A stretch of DNA of 63,768 nt, counting the filler, from Octopus bimaculoides (taxonomy: Eukaryota), in NCBI RefSeq assembly GCF_001194135.2. It is 8 parts of 6 records of this genome, joined end to end, with 100 filler letters (N's around TTAATTAATTAA, not from the genome) between each part and the next. Parts side by side here need not be neighbours in the genome. Positions count along the whole stretch, not along the records: positions 34,863 to 55,412 come from NC_069003.1; 7 more parts are not named here. The stretch is one strand, 5' to 3'. A model generated the notes under the pieces. It ran no database searches. It worked only from the letters and a program-made list of their open reading frames with translations, and was not told the origin of the DNA. The position numbers and the translations under genes are program-made. Each line of letters opens with the position of its first letter. Within the stretch, counting starts at the first letter, position 1. Below, piece by piece: positions 39,440-54,324 of this stretch.

Positions 39440-40058
39440 TTTCTGTCTGCGTTTGTCCCACTCTACAACATGGCAGCCGGTGTTTGTGTGTTCACATCCA
39501 CGTGAATCAGCAGTTGGGCAAAAAGGAACCGATACAATGAGTGCCAGTCTATAAAAACATAAAAAAAGGAAGTACTAAATGTGAGTCTCCCGGCTAAATT
39601 TCTACAAGGCTGATCTCCAGGTTGGCCGCAGTCTAATCAGCAAAACAAAATAAACTTTAAAACATGCGCCATATGCAATTTTATATCTATTTCAGAAGAA
39701 AAATATTTTTCAAGAAAGGAAGTTCTAGTTTTATTTCTTAATCCAAGAATGATAAAGACAATTATAGTACAGCCTGAATAACGATTGTAATTGTATTGCG
39801 TTATATCTTGACTCTATCAGACAGTGCTTCTCCTTATCGAGGTTGAATGGAATTGTTTACCATTTTCCCATGTTTCTGCAACGTAAATGTCATAAATGTC
39901 ATTCTGAATTATCCACAAGAGATAGGAGTACTGTTGTGTTTCTATTAAAAGGCAAAATATGTGTGTGTGTGTGTGTAGGCATAGATACATACGTACGTTC
40001 ATGCAAGCATATACATGCATGCATACATACATATATATGTGTGTGTGTGTGTGTATGC

Positions 40059-40114
<56 letters not shown>

Positions 40115-40130
40115 ATGGATATATATATAC

Positions 40131-40222
<92 letters not shown>

Positions 40223-40251
40223 GCATATATATATAGAAACATGTGTGCGTT

Positions 40252-40282
<31 letters not shown>

Positions 40283-40680
40283 GCATGTGGTAGTTATCAT
40301 TGATAATGAATCAGGGGAAGTACTAAGCTTAAAAAAATGAGTCCTGGGGTCGATCTGTTCAGCTAAAGGCTGTGCTCAAGCATGACCGCAGTCAACTGAA
40401 TGAAACAAGTAAAAGAATGAAAGAGCATATAAACTACGGTATATTTGTTCGAGTAAAACCCTCTTGGTAGTGCCCCAGCATGGGTCCATTTGAATGACTG
40501 AAACAAGTAAGAATTAAATAGTTAGTGAAGAACTCCATAGTTAACGAGAAGTCGTTTTCCAATGAACAGATTGTGGGTTCGATAGCACTGCATTCCATCA
40601 CGTATAAGTATTTCTAAATTTAGCGTTGGTTTGGTCGAAACAGTTTTGAGTGAAATTTAGCAGACGGAATTTTGGAATTT
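39440..40680 (+). mobile_element. Cluster of degraded SINE family A pieces (39440-39660, 40310-40430, 40440-40510, 40540-40680)
   Basis: Tail modules gagtcctggggtcgat...gcatgaccgcagtc and gtgccccagcatgg...gaatgactgaaacaagtaa; a decayed head follows. Confidence 0.65.
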
Positions 40681-41536
40681 AGCGAAATGAAGTCACCTAA
40701 TATTTCAAAGTCTCAGCAAATCTCATTGATTCTGTCTGCTGCATACTTAAAGAGGCTCATACCAATGGCAGCTCGTCCAATTATTTTGTAACTGAATCAG
40801 AAAATGTGTTCATCGGTTGAAGACGTAAATCTCTCATCATCGATTCATTTTACATATCAAATTATTTGGATGGCGAGATAATGAGTAGACTTAAGAATGA
40901 CTGAGAATGTATAGCATTATTCTAATTCAAGATGATTTCGTTAACTATTTTAGAATTCTCTGGTAACCTTATTGCATCTAGTGATTCGTATATTAAAATT
41001 AATTCACACACTAAGAAATTGTTGTCATTTCACGGTAATTGATTTGAGGTTAAAGCATATGTCAAGCGAAATGCTTCTTATAGCTTTGACATTTTAAGAT
41101 GGATTTAAAGGCCTCTGAAATAACTATCTTCTGTATCTTAATGTAATTTGGAACATATTCCGCTCTGCTAAGTTCTGTTTTACTTTGATGTCGCTCTACA
41201 CATTTTCCAAAATAACTGTCTCTATATCGGTTGCACAACATATTGAAAGATTCAAACTTCATAATTACGGTTGATGAAGAATCAAACTTTAATTAAATTA
41301 CTTCTTATAAGGTTACATTGATGAATTGGTAAGCAACGTTTTTAAAATAAATCTGATGAGAAATGGCAGTGTATTAATATAAATCGCAACCATTTTCCCA
41401 AACTGTCAAGACTTAGGAAATATCTTTGCCAGGGCTGTACCTTCTGATATGGTAACATTTAACGGATCTGCGTAATATCATAATGACGTATTGTTATGTC
41501 TCAACGCTACTGCTATCTAGCACCTTCGGATGATCT

Positions 41537-41591
41537 CTACTCAACTGCTACACAACTGCTACTCAACAGCTACTCGACTGCTACTCAACAC
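41537..41591. repeat. 11-bp tandem repeat x5 (CTACTCAACTG)
   Basis: ctactcaactg ctacacaactg ctactcaacag ctactcgactg ctactcaacac. Confidence 0.85.
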
Positions 41592-41959
41592 GCCTACCAC
41601 GGCCAGACTAACTCTATTTATATGTCTTTTGTGAGACTACGTCTTCGCCTGGGGGCGTCGACACAACACGGATGAAAAAAGTATACCTTTCAAGGTGGAA
41701 TAAATTACATACAAAATGCTTGAATACTAAATTATATAAAAACAGGATAAGAACTATTTTATGGTACAAATCTCCGTATATATGAAATTTCGTTCTATTT
41801 ATGACAGGGTTTGTATAACTTCTACACAAGCTTTTCCCTCTAAACCACCATTTGTATTTTTTTCTTCATTCCTTTTTGGTGTCATATACAGAATTTGGGG
41901 CATTTGGCGATCACATCCTGCCACAATTCACTGCTCTTTGTTTTCTATAACAGTTCCAC

Positions 41960-42640
41960 TTCCTAATGTTTAATTTCTTTCCATTCCAACCTGTTCGTCA
42001 AGCTTCACATCCACCATCATCATTCTCTTTCCTATGCGTGCTTTCCCGGTATCGCTAAATTCTCGAGGCCCGCTTTCCTGATCAAATGATCAAGGAATTT
42101 CACGAAGTAGTTTCCTATTTAACATAGCCCTAGTCATCACTTCTTCATTAGACATTTTATCTATCCATATTATCCTCCATATTCTCCTCAACAACCATAT
42201 TTAACAGCCTTCGAAGTACTTTCTAATTCCTGGTGTTATAGACTATGCCTCACATCAATACATTGTCACAGGGTATGTATCAGTACATTAACACAAGTTT
42301 GAGTATACGATTCTTTGTCTTGATGCTCTCAGAATACGGTTCCTCAAGACTTTATACAAATTTCGGAATACAGATTTTGCTAGCACTATTCATCTTTCGA
42401 TCTCCTTTACATATCTTGAGTCTTCTATAATCAAAGGTACAATGTAGTTCGAGGATCATACTTGCTTCATGGTTTGATTGTTCACTTTCAGCATTCACTT
42501 TGGGTTTCCCTTCTGTGTCACCACCGTGTATTCTTGTCTTCTTGCAATTTATGAAAAGACCCTTCCTCTCACTTACTCTGACCACTACATCTAGAAGTCT
42601 CGGAAGTTGCTTTTTCCGATTCTACAAGTAAGACTGCGCC
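41960..42640 (-). mobile_element. RTE-clade LINE, RT C-terminal fragment
   Basis: - strand with frameshifts: LLDVVVS..ERKGLFINCKKT; KEIER.IVLAKSVFRNLYKVLRNR; SIKTKNRILK; LLRRIWRIIWIDKMSNEEVMTRA; GLENLAI.GK. Confidence 0.75.
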
Positions 42641-43679
42641 ATCTGTATATCTTAGGATTGTAATATTTGTGAGCTGTAAGTGTATTAAAAAGTATCGTTG
42701 CTTCTATTGCCAGAAGAAACAGAAGAAATGTTCATAGTACGAACGCATAAAAGCTATCTTTTTATGCATATAATTTCACCATCTTCAATATCTGCCAAAT
42801 GATATGAGAGATGTTCTGAAGAATTTATTTATCGATTTTACATCTCACTTGCATGTAACAAAGAAATTAAACGCTACATACAGCGTCTGCATAATATTTA
42901 AACAAAAGTATATATACATTCAGAGACAGATAAAGACGACTCTTCATTTTCTTATTCACAGACAACTAGAATTTAAAAGAAGATAATAAATATCAGCTAT
43001 GATGAAATTGAATAGTTTAATGTGGAACATGCATTCGTCTACATTAGATGTTACCGAAGTTGTGATTTCTGCCGGGAAAGTTTTTAATTTTATTATGAAA
43101 TTTTCATATTTTGAATAAAACATTACATTTAATGCAGACATTCCCATGTCTGTCAAATAGAGAATTGTTCACTTTGTTAAATACATACTTGCCGCATTGT
43201 AGAGAAGAAAACAGTTTCAGGAACAAGTATCGTAACTTTTACTAGACTTTCGTTAAATGTATTTTAAGGGCTTATGTGATTACGAGCAGCTATTTGCACG
43301 CTTCCCCCTCACAGTCTTTGATTTAGGGACACATTGATGATTTGACCAACTAAATGGTGACCGGACTGTGCCCGCTCTCGGGTGGAACGTATTTTCATTT
43401 GAATCGAGTTGAGTAATATGACACAACCCATCCCTCGGTTCAGGTATTGAGACCATGTCATCTTCATAATGAGTCAAACAGTTTAATGACAAAGTCACGT
43501 GCCTTCACACGAAAGTAGCAAAGAAACATTCATATATGCATTGACAGTAAAACTTCGTTCATTTTTATGTTTTATACACGACTTTCTTAAGACATAAAAT
43601 ATATCATAAATTTGTAAGTGGACAGATGCTGTAGATACATCAACTGCATATGTATACGTTACTCTTTTATTCGTTTATT

Positions 43680-43745
43680 CATTTATTTGTTTCAGTCATT
43701 TGACTGCGGCCATGCTGGAGCAACGCCTTTAGTTGAACAAATTCC
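43680..43745 (-). mobile_element. SINE family A tail fragment
   Basis: tttgtttcagtcatttgactgcggccatgctggagcaacgcctttagttgaacaaat. Confidence 0.8.
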
Positions 43746-44337
43746 TATCAAACCGAGGTCAAATTTGCCCTATAACATTCCTGCTTCGAGTAAAATGATG
43801 CCGGTCGAATGTGGTTCATTGTAGCAATGTTGGAACAGATGTCTTAAAATATCGTTACCAGTTCTTCCCGATAAATAGGCCAAAAGGAAATTTGAAAGCA
43901 ATATACGAATTAGTTGATAACAAGAGAGCAATGCCAGGCAGCCACATAGAATTATGATCAATTTGCACATCGTCTGCTGCGAATGAGCAGTATTTGAGGA
44001 ATTTGTTTAGAAAAAAACAAACCGAATATGAGAGAAAACATTGGAGACCAAAGATTCGTAGACATACACTTATATATTAATTCCCCAAGAAATATCTTCA
44101 ATACTAAACAATGACCTACTTTCAAAGTCAAACAACAGAGATATACCGAGATTAATTTAATGAATATGGAACTCTGTACAAATTTGTCTTTATCTACATT
44201 CTGTCTCATGTGAAATTAATAATGAATCATTATGCTTTTTTAATACAGTATTGCTATATATCTATCTATCTGTCCGTCTGTCTGTCTGTCTGTCTAGTTT
44301 CTATCTAGTGATTCATCTATCCAACCATCTACCCATC

Positions 44338-44406
<69 letters not shown>

Positions 44407-44971
44407 ATCTATCTGTCTGTCTATCTAACTGNNNNNNNNNNNNNNNNNNNNNNNNNNNNNNNNNNNNNNNNNNNNNNNNNNNNNNNNNNNNNNNNNNNNN
44501 NNNNNNNNNNNNNNNNNNNNNNNNNNNNNNNNNNNNNNNNNNNNNNNNNNNNNNNNNNNNNNNNNNNNNNNNNNNNNNNNNNNNNNNNNNNNNNNNNNNN
44601 NNNNNNNNNNNNNNNNNNNNNNNNNNNNNNNNNNNNNNNNNNNNNNNNNNNNNNNNNNNNNNNNNNNNNNNNNNNNNNNNNNNNNNNNNNNNNNNNNNNN
44701 NNNNNNNNNNNNNNNNNNNNNNNNNNNNNNNNNNNNNNNNNNNNNNNNNNNNNNNNNNNNNNNNNNNNNNNNNNNNNNNNNNNNNNNNNNNNNNNNNNNN
44801 NNNNNNNNNNNNNNNNNNNNNNNNNNNNNNNNNNNNNNNNNNNNNNNNNNNNNNNNNNNNNNNNNNNNNNNNNNNNNNNNNNNNNNNNNNNNNNNNNNNN
44901 NNNNNNNNNNNNNNNNNNNNNNNNNNNNNNNNNNNNNNNNNNNNNNNNNNNNNNNNNNNNNNNNNNNNNNN

Positions 44972-45008
<37 letters not shown>

Positions 45009-45044
45009 AAGTGTATATAATATAATATATACATATATATAAGT

Positions 45045-45160
45045 TCAAGGCTATGGTCTTCTGTAGTAGAAGATACCTGCCTAAGGTGTCACACATTGGG
45101 ACTGAGCCCGGAACTGTGTGGTTGCGAAGCAAGCTTCTTACCATACAGTCACTCCTGTGG
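45045..45160 (-). mobile_element. SINE family A head fragment
   Basis: gtagaagatacctgcctaaggtg...gggactgagcccggaactgtgtggttgcgaagcaagcttcttaccatacagtcactcctg. Confidence 0.8.
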
Positions 45161-45245
45161 AATGACTGTGATATATAAAGTTATTTAAAGGTATGTAAAT
45201 ATATACACTATATCCACAGACGAACGAACACACACACATATATGC

Positions 45246-45294
<49 letters not shown>

Positions 45295-45762
45295 GTTTTA
45301 GGGAAAATGACCAATTTTCAAGAACTCATCATGTATATATATTGGTATGTATGTTTATTGTGTGTGTGCTATATGCACTTTAAAACATCGCAACTCGCAT
45401 GCACTAAAGCCATTATTCGCAACAGCAAATACCACATACAATCATGCTGTATCCATCAACTGTAAAGTGGCACACACAGCACAGCATGTGACACACATAC
45501 ACTAACATATACACACACCTGTTAATAAAAAAATGCGCCTTATACATGGAAAAACATGTTATCTTTGACATAAACTCTTACACACATACGCACAATAGAA
45601 TCCGGTGCTCGTTTCTAAAATAATCTCAATGCAACATCCTTTTTTTCCTAAAACATTAAGTAAAAACTAAATGCATCTCAAATCAATAACATATCATATG
45701 AGGTACGTATACACATAAATATATGTCTATACGTACGTATATATAGATATATGTGTGTGCGT

Positions 45763-45810
<48 letters not shown>

Positions 45811-46544
45811 ATGTAGAGAGGTGTATGCATAGTTAGATTCACACGCATAGGGATGGCATGTATGTGCAATATTTCTTCATTGAAAATGTGTAAAAAAAGT
45901 GAAATCTCAATCCAATGAGCAGCTGATATCATTCAGTATTTTTTAAAGGCAAGATGTCTTATTGGCTCCTATTTTATGGGGGAAAACCCCACCCCCACAG
46001 AAAACAAACATATATACCTATGTCTGTGTTAGTGTGAGTGTGTGCGTGCGTGGGTGTTTCTTCATAAGCAATGCCAAAATACGACCAATAATAATAATCA
46101 CACCAACAATAATAATGATAATAATAATGATAATAACAACAATAATAATCAGGATAATAATAATAATAAAAACAAGAACAAAAATAAGTATAATAAAACG
46201 ACGATGATGCTAATGCTGACGATACTGATGGTGATGTTGATGATGATGAAGAAGATAATGGCGATCATCATGATGCCGATTGTATTTTGTGAGAAAATTG
46301 CAGCTTTCATATACTGGTGTATATATTAGCTTTATAAAATACTTCTTGTGATATAGATAAATAAATAGATAATGCATACATATACGTGAATATATGTGTG
46401 TGTGTGTCTACTTATTTATCTCTCTCTATTTATCTGTATCTCTGTGTATCGATCAATATATATGTATAGGCATATATATATACACTGCTTCCAGCATACA
46501 CTAGGATAACCATACTCTAGGTTATGCAAAAATTACACAGACGT

Positions 46545-47130
46545 TCAAGGTTAATTGATGGTTATTGTTTTCAAGGTCCAACAGGAATGTAAGTTCCTCC
46601 TAATGGAAGTATCAGTCGCAACCAACGATAATATATCTCTGGAAGAAACGGTGAAATTATTCACATATAAATATAAGCAAATGAAAATATCTAAAAAGGG
46701 AAAGCTGAAGAAAGAAGCAATCCTCGTATTAATGGATGCCTTGGGACGGATTTAAAAATATGCAGACATTTACATAAGCAAAATGAGAAGATTTACTTTT
46801 ATACCTATAAATATTGCGAAAAATGTAACGTTAGAGCACATACATGACATTGGGCAGAATGAATCTAAATGCGATAAGAATACAACACATAAAATAGGGA
46901 GGGAAACAAAAATACAATGGGCATAGAAACCCAGGATGCAGAAAGCAATGAAAATGCTCTTCTCTGAAAGCACACGATAATAGGAGTAGTAAAAATAACA
47001 ATAAATATGATGGCAGTAAGCAATCTACGAAAAAAAAAATAATAACAATTATAATAATGATGATGATGATGATAATATAGATAGTAATAGTAATAATAAT
47101 AACAATAACAATAATAATAATAGTAATAGA

Positions 47131-47220
<90 letters not shown>
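46545..47220 (+). mobile_element. Highly decayed R4/Dong-type 3' end followed by an (AAT)n tract
   Basis: IVFKVQQECKFLLMEVSVATNDNISLEETVKLFTYK...ILVLMDALGRI resembles IDxSIPxDxNIxxKExxKxxKY...VPVIVGxLG of copy 4; (AAT)n at ~47050-47220. Confidence 0.55.
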
Positions 47221-47222
<2 letters not shown>

Positions 47223-47654
47223 AAGCAACAGGATTGTAGATGAGGAGAAATATAATGTGATGGGAATGATAATTTTTGGAAATAATGTTTTTATATTGGC
47301 CACAAGGGGAAGATATTGCGGTCAGAGCACATAAAAAAAAAAAAGAATTGTGAATAAACAGAGAAACGGAATGAAATGGGCGACAAAAAATGGTTTAAAA
47401 TATAAAGCACGCACACACGCGCGCGCGCACATACACACTCACACACACACGCATATATATATATATATATATATGTGTGTATGTGTGCGTGTGCGCGCGT
47501 GTGTCTGCCTGCCTCATATTTTAAACCACTTTCGTCGTCCATTTCAACCCGTTTGTCTGCTTATTCACATTTTTTTAATGTGCTCTGACCGAAATACATG
47601 TATATAGATATATATACACACACATAAACACACGCACACACACACACAGACATA

Positions 47655-47697
<43 letters not shown>

Positions 47698-48394
47698 NNN
47701 NNNNNNNNNNNNNNNNNNNNNNNNNNNNNNNNNNNNNNNNNNNNNNNNNNNNNNNNNNNNNNNNNNNNNNNNNNNNNNNNNNNNNNNNNNNNNNNNNNNN
47801 NNNNNNNNNNNNNNNNNNNNNNNNNNNNNNNNNNNNNNNNNNNNNNNNNNNNNNNNNNNNNNNNNNNNNNNNNNNNNNNNNNNNNNNNNNNNNNNNNNNN
47901 NNNNNNNNNNNNNNNNNNNNNNNNNNNNNNNNNNNNNNNNNNNNNNNNNNNNNNNNNNNNNNNNNNNNNNTATACATTTGTATATATATACGAATATATA
48001 AAATGCATGAAAACACTTCCAGTCAGTTAAGTTCAGAAGCCATGAGAGACACAGCCTGGTATTGAATCAGGGCATTTTATCATTATTATTATTATTATTA
48101 TTATTATTAACATAATCATCAGCATATTCGTGGCGTCATTTGTGGCATTACTGGCCGCAACTATAGCAACTTCTCGGGGTGGAATTGTAGTACAACAGTA
48201 ATGGCAATTCAGATATATCATATATGTATGTTGTTCGAAAGTGTTTACTCCAAGAAAATATCTAGCATAAATAGTAGAATTACTCGTACATAATAATGGT
48301 AAAACGGTAGACAAGAACTAAAACATGATTATGGAGCAAATTATATACATATAGATGTATATATATACATATACATACATACATACATACATGC

Positions 48395-48441
<47 letters not shown>

Positions 48442-50936
48442 NNNNNNNNNNNNNNNNNNNNNNNNNNNNNNNNNNNNNNNNNNNNNNNNNNNNNNNNNNN
48501 NNNNNNNNNNNNNNNNNNNNNNNNNNNNNNNNNNNNNNNNNNNNNNNNNNNNNNNNNNNNNNNNNNNNNNNNNNNNNNNNNNNNNNNNNNNNNNNNNNNN
48601 NNNNNNNNNNNNNNNNNNNNNNNNNNNNNNNNNNNNNNNNNNNNNNNNNNNNNNNNNNNNNNNNNNNNNNNNNNNNNNNNNNNNNNNNNNNNNNNNNNNN
48701 NNNNNNNNNNNNNNNNNNNNNNNNNNNNNNNNNNNNNNNNNNNNNNNNNNNNNNNNNNNNNNNNNNNNNNNNNNNNNNNNNNNNNNNNNNNNNNNNNNNN
48801 NNNNNNNNNNNNNNNNNNNNNNNNNNNNNNNNNNNNNNNNNNNNNNNNNNNNNNNNNNNNNNNNNNNNNNNNNNNNNNNNNNNNNNNNNNNNNNNNNNNN
48901 NNNNNNNNNNNNNNNNNNNNNNNNNNNNNNNNNNNNNNNNNNNNNNNNNNNNNNNNNNNNNNNNNNNNNNNNNNNNNNNNNNNNNNNNNNNNNNNNNNNN
49001 NNNNNNNNNNNNNNNNNNNNNNNNNNNNNNNNNNNNNNNNNNNNNNNNNNNNNNNNNNNNNNNNNNNNNNNNNNNNNNNNNNNNNNNNNNNNNNNNNNNN
49101 NNNNNNNNNNNNNNNNNNNNNNNNNNNNNNNNNNNNNNNNNNNNNNNNNNNNNNNNNNNNNNNNNNNNNNNNNNNNNNNNNNNNNNNNNNNNNNNNNNNN
49201 NNNNNNNNNNNNNNNNNNNNNNNNNNNNNNNNNNNNNNNNNNNNNNNNNNNNNNNNNNNNNNNNNNNNNNNNNNNNNNNNNNNNNNNNNNNNNNNNNNNN
49301 NNNNNNNNNNNNNNNNNNNNNNNNNNNNNNNNNNNNNNNNNNNNNNNNNNNNNNNNNNNNNNNNNNNNNNNNNNNNNNNNNNNNNNNNNNNNNNTTTTTT
49401 TTGACATGCTAGCAACCATACCGAAGCTGGGAAGTCTGGAGTAATATTTAATGCAACCAGCGTCCAAGGTCAATGCATGAATATTTCATTAGCTTAAATT
49501 AAAATTTGATTTGGAAATATGCAAAGCAATGAAGGGATGAAATACTGTGAATTCACTTGCAAAATTTTAACTAGGCTTTAAAAGAGAGAGCGAGGTTTGA
49601 AGGATAAAAAGAAAGAGAGAAAGATGAAGGAAGAGTGGGAAGGAGAGGACAGAAATGGAGAGAGAGGCAGAGAGAAAGAGAGAGAGCCGCATTACATAAT
49701 GTATATTTGTATGTGACATATCTGGAATTAAGACGGTGATGTTTTTAGATTGTATCGAATTGAAATTTCTTACACCTCCACGAATTATCAGAAGATCGAT
49801 GTAACCAAGAACTTTTTACTTTGTATGAATTTCTGAGGCAACAAGATAAAGTACAAGTCAAATCGTAGGATCCATGGCGGGCATATGTAACCGCTCCTCT
49901 TTTCAAATATTTGGATGTGTTGTAGGAGTAAGGTTTTGCTCGTTTTACAAGATTAGATATCATTCTGTAATATATGAGGATTTCTGCCATCAGAATGCTA
50001 ACTGATGTGTTATGTGTTGCTTTCATATATTCGCAGTCAATGGAAAACCTACCCGCCAAGCGCGCACGATTAGTGGAGTTGTGAGAGAGCTTAGCGAAAG
50101 ATCTTTTAAACTAATTCAAGACCAAATTTCTGCTCAGGGATTCAAGCCTCATTTCTTCAATATACTGTGTAGAGTTTACATGATTGTTACTTCGCTACGA
50201 ATACGCTACTTAAGGCTTGTGTGAAAAATCAATATTTCGTTTATATAAAACACAACAGAAAAAATCCCATAATTTCGTCTAAAATAATCTTTTAGTTCCT
50301 GAGAGACCTGTTGTTTATTTATTATTCTGACATCGATATTTTCGGAATGAAATTTTCCGTTAAATGTCTAAATGTCAGAGTTGATTTCTATTTTACGCAT
50401 TCTTTTCATTGTTTTTCAGCCATTTTGGGGGGTAAAACGTATTCAACGTTTACATATTCGCAACAAGACAATGAGTCGTTCATAGAAATTCCTACAATCA
50501 TTGTGTGAAAGGATTGTCTCTGGTAACCGGTGCAGAAGAAATACGAAGTTAATTATTAACATTGCAGAGCGGTTTTTAGTCAACGAAGTGAAAACCATTT
50601 CCCGATTAACGTACACATTCGAAAACACACAGAGGTATATCCACATGCGCTTGTCTTGGTAGGGAAAATCTGTCATATGTCTCTCTCATGGCAATAAGTT
50701 TATGAATATGTGACTCATCAATAGTGTATTTTTTTATCTGGAAGAAATCCAATCTCAATATATGGTTGAATAATCATATTTCGGTGTATTTGGGAAAACG
50801 TTCGTGCCTGTTAACATGTTAATTTGTTTTTTCCATTCAATCGTTTGTATAAATACAGCTTAGAAACGATCATTTACGATTTGAAGACATTTTCACATAT
50901 TTTAGAGTAAATATCTATGGTAGAGTGCAACAACAC

Positions 50937-51480
50937 GAGACCAGGAGCACTTGCTAGTGACGACTAAAACGATAGTTCTAGTTGGTGACTTTAACACTAT
51001 CCTCGACTCGCGGGTGGATAGTGTTGGCTCGACTGATAGGAAGGGTAGTCCTGGCCTCAAGGGTTAATCTTCCAATACCTGGGTCCCTGTCTATGACATT
51101 TATCTAAATGTACCTCACACGTCACAAATGTGAAGATCCGTGCAAGGCACAATACAAAACTGTGGACAACTAAGAGTATTCTTATCTCTTTTCCTAATGA
51201 ATACCCTATCTAAGTACGATCTGCGTGAGCCGTCGTTGTTACTCCACGTCCACTGTGGAACGCTCGGCTGATCCAGTCAGTAACGGTCTACTAGATTAAA
51301 ACTCTCTTGTAGACCCTTGAGGCCAGGATTACCCTTCTTATCAGTCGAGCCAACACTATCCACCCGCGCATCGAGGATAGTGTTAACGTCACCAACTAGA
51401 ACTATCGTTTTAGACGTCACTAGAAAGTGCTCCAGGTCTCGGAAAAAAAACCGGCTGCCCACGCTCGTTAGGAGCCTAGA
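50937..51480 (-). mobile_element. Tx1/L1-type AP-endonuclease fragment with inverted partial duplication
   Basis: - strand: FFRDLEHFL..KTIVLVGDVNTILDARVD...FNLVDRY..QWTWSNNDGSRRSYLDRVF...YWK. 50937-51064 is an inverted copy of 51313-51440. Confidence 0.85.
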
Positions 51481-51744
51481 CAGCCACCAACATGAAGGAC
51501 TGCTTACTTACATGTGTCACATCTAGGACGACTAGCCTACCTCCTGAGGTCCAGAAACAGTACTTAACTGTAAGTCTAAGCTCTTCCTGATAAGGACTGC
51601 CACGCCACCTCCCCTTCCCCTGTGTGTGTGTGTGTTCATATTACATATATGCATGTATGTATGTATGTATCTCTGTGTATCTACCATTCTATTCATTTAT
51701 CCATCTGAGATCTCTCCCTCTTTCCGTTTCTCTTTCTCTCTCTA

Positions 51745-51790
<46 letters not shown>

Positions 51791-52112
51791 NNNNNNNNNN
51801 NNNNNNNNNNNNNNNNNNNNNNNNNNNNNNNNNNNNNNNNNNNNNNNNNNNNNNNNNNNNNNNNNNNNNNNNNNNNNNNNNNNNNNNNNNNNNNNNNNNN
51901 NNNNNNNNNNNNNNNNNNNNNNNNNNNNNNNNNNNNNNNNNNNNNNNNNNNNNNNNNNNNNNNNNNNNNNNNNNNNNNNNNNNNNNNNNNNNNNNNNNNN
52001 NNNNNNNNNNNNNNNNNNNNNNNNNNNNNNNNNNNNNNNNNNNNNNNNNNNNNNNNNNNNNNNNNNNNNNNNNNNNNNNNNNNNNNNNNNNNNNNNNNNN
52101 NNNNNNNNNNNN

Positions 52113-52174
<62 letters not shown>

Positions 52175-52871
52175 CAGACACACATATGTATATATAACCT
52201 GCATATACATACATACGTTAAATTTCCATTAATTAAGACAAAGCAATGCATATGAATTCTGAAAAGGTTATTAAGTTTATGTATTTTAAATATATTTGCA
52301 TAAATGTTTATTTCTTTTTTTTTTACAACTTATATATTACTTTTACTTGTAATGTCTTTTTACACATTGCAAAATCTATTTTTGCACACCCACACATACT
52401 GCAGCTGCATACACACATGCATACGCACGTACATACGTATGTGTGTGCGTGTGTGTGTTTATGTATGTATATCTATAGCCATATATATATATATAAGCAT
52501 AGGAATTTCCCCATTTGTACAGGTATTTACGTACAACTGCTTATGTGACTATATAACGTGTAGCGATTTTGTATCTGTATCTTTGTGTATATATGCATGT
52601 GTTTATCGATATATGACCCTAAAGATAAGTGCAAACGAAATATAAAGAATGATGGATATTAATATGCATATAATAACTAATGCATTTCATATATTTCCTT
52701 TTATTGTCCTAAAGCATATAACATCAAACATTAGATATATCACAATATCCCGCACCTACTTGCGTATGTATTTCAGTTTGTAGTCTGCTTTTCACTGTCT
52801 TAAAGCTTTCTTTCTTTCTCTCTCTCTTATCTATCTGTCCAATCTCAGAATGTTTCTATACATCTAAATAG

Positions 52872-52921
<50 letters not shown>

Positions 52922-53663
52922 TTAACTACCTATCTGTTTATGTATATATCTATTTATCTATCTATCTATTTATCTATCTATGTATTTATCTATCTATTTA
53001 TCCATTTATTTCTTTATGTATCTATTTATTCATGTAACTATTTCTTTATATATCTATTTATTTATGTAACTATTTCTTTATCTATCTATCTATTCATCTA
53101 TCTATTTATCTATCTATTTATTTATCTATCTATCTAACTATCCATCTATCCATCTATANNNNNNNNNNNNNNNNNNNNNNNNNNNNNNNNNNNNNNNNNN
53201 NNNNNNNNNNNNNNNNNNNNNNNNNNNNNNNNNNNNNNNNNNNNNNNNNNNNNNNNNNNNNNNNNNNNNNNNNNNNNNNNNNNNNNNNNNNNNNNNNNNN
53301 NNNNNNNNNNNNNNNNNNNNNNNNNNNNNNNNNNNNNNNNNNNNNNNNNNNNNNNNNNNNNNNNNNNNNNNNNNNNNNNNNNNNNNNNNNNNNNNNNNNN
53401 NNNNNNNNNNNNNNNNNNNNNNNNNNNNNNNNNNNNNNNNNNNNNNNNNNNNNNNNNNNNNNNNNNNNNNNNNNNNNNNNNNNNNNNNNNNNNNNNNNNN
53501 NNNNNNNNNNNNNNNNNNNNNNNNNNNNNNNNNNNNNNNNNNNNNNNNNNNNNNNNNNNNNNNNNNNNNNNNNNNNNNNNNNNNNNNNNNNNNNNNNNNN
53601 NNNNNNNNNNNNNNNNNNNNNNNNNNNNNNNNNNNNNNNNNNNNNNNNNNNNNNNNNNNNNNN

Positions 53664-53726
<63 letters not shown>

Positions 53727-54324
53727 ACGTTCGTTTATTTTGGTGAGATTTTCTCCCTCCAATTTTGTAACAAAATCACGTTTATCTTCGAATGTGAAGA
53801 TTTCTAAAAGACTCTTTCGAATTTCCTTGTAACTCCGTTATATTGTGTGTTGTTGTTGTCCGTTTCATTCCGGCTGAATTTTACTGAATCACAAGGAAAT
53901 TGTAAGAATAAAAAATGGAATAAGTAAAATTCATATTCGCAAATATATTCCGTATACATGTATTTTTTGGTTTAAACTTTTCTGGCTACCACCGGATTAT
54001 CATTAATATTCTTGCGATCTGCGTTTATTGACGAAGGATCAAGAAATCTCCCTTAAGCCTCGTCTTTTTTCCATACTCATGTATTAACTCATCCTGTAAT
54101 TAACTTCAGTACATTTTCGTATTTACTTTTCTCTCCGTCGCTTCAATGGCTTGAAGCTTTACTCAGACACGCTTCTAATATTTATTTGTTAAGTTTCTCT
54201 CTAAAGATTTTATATAGATATTATAGAAACTAACTGGACCCGTGAAAAGTTCACGGAAAACATAACAAAATGGAAGCATCAGTAAACAGTGTACTGGTGC
54301 CATGAGAAATGGTTGTATATTATG

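Noticed and set aside
50012-50224. Candidate exon after tcgcag, or a Tc1-like start MENLPAKRARLVEL
   Set aside because: No consensus donor site, early stop in the alternative frame, no downstream transposase motifs.
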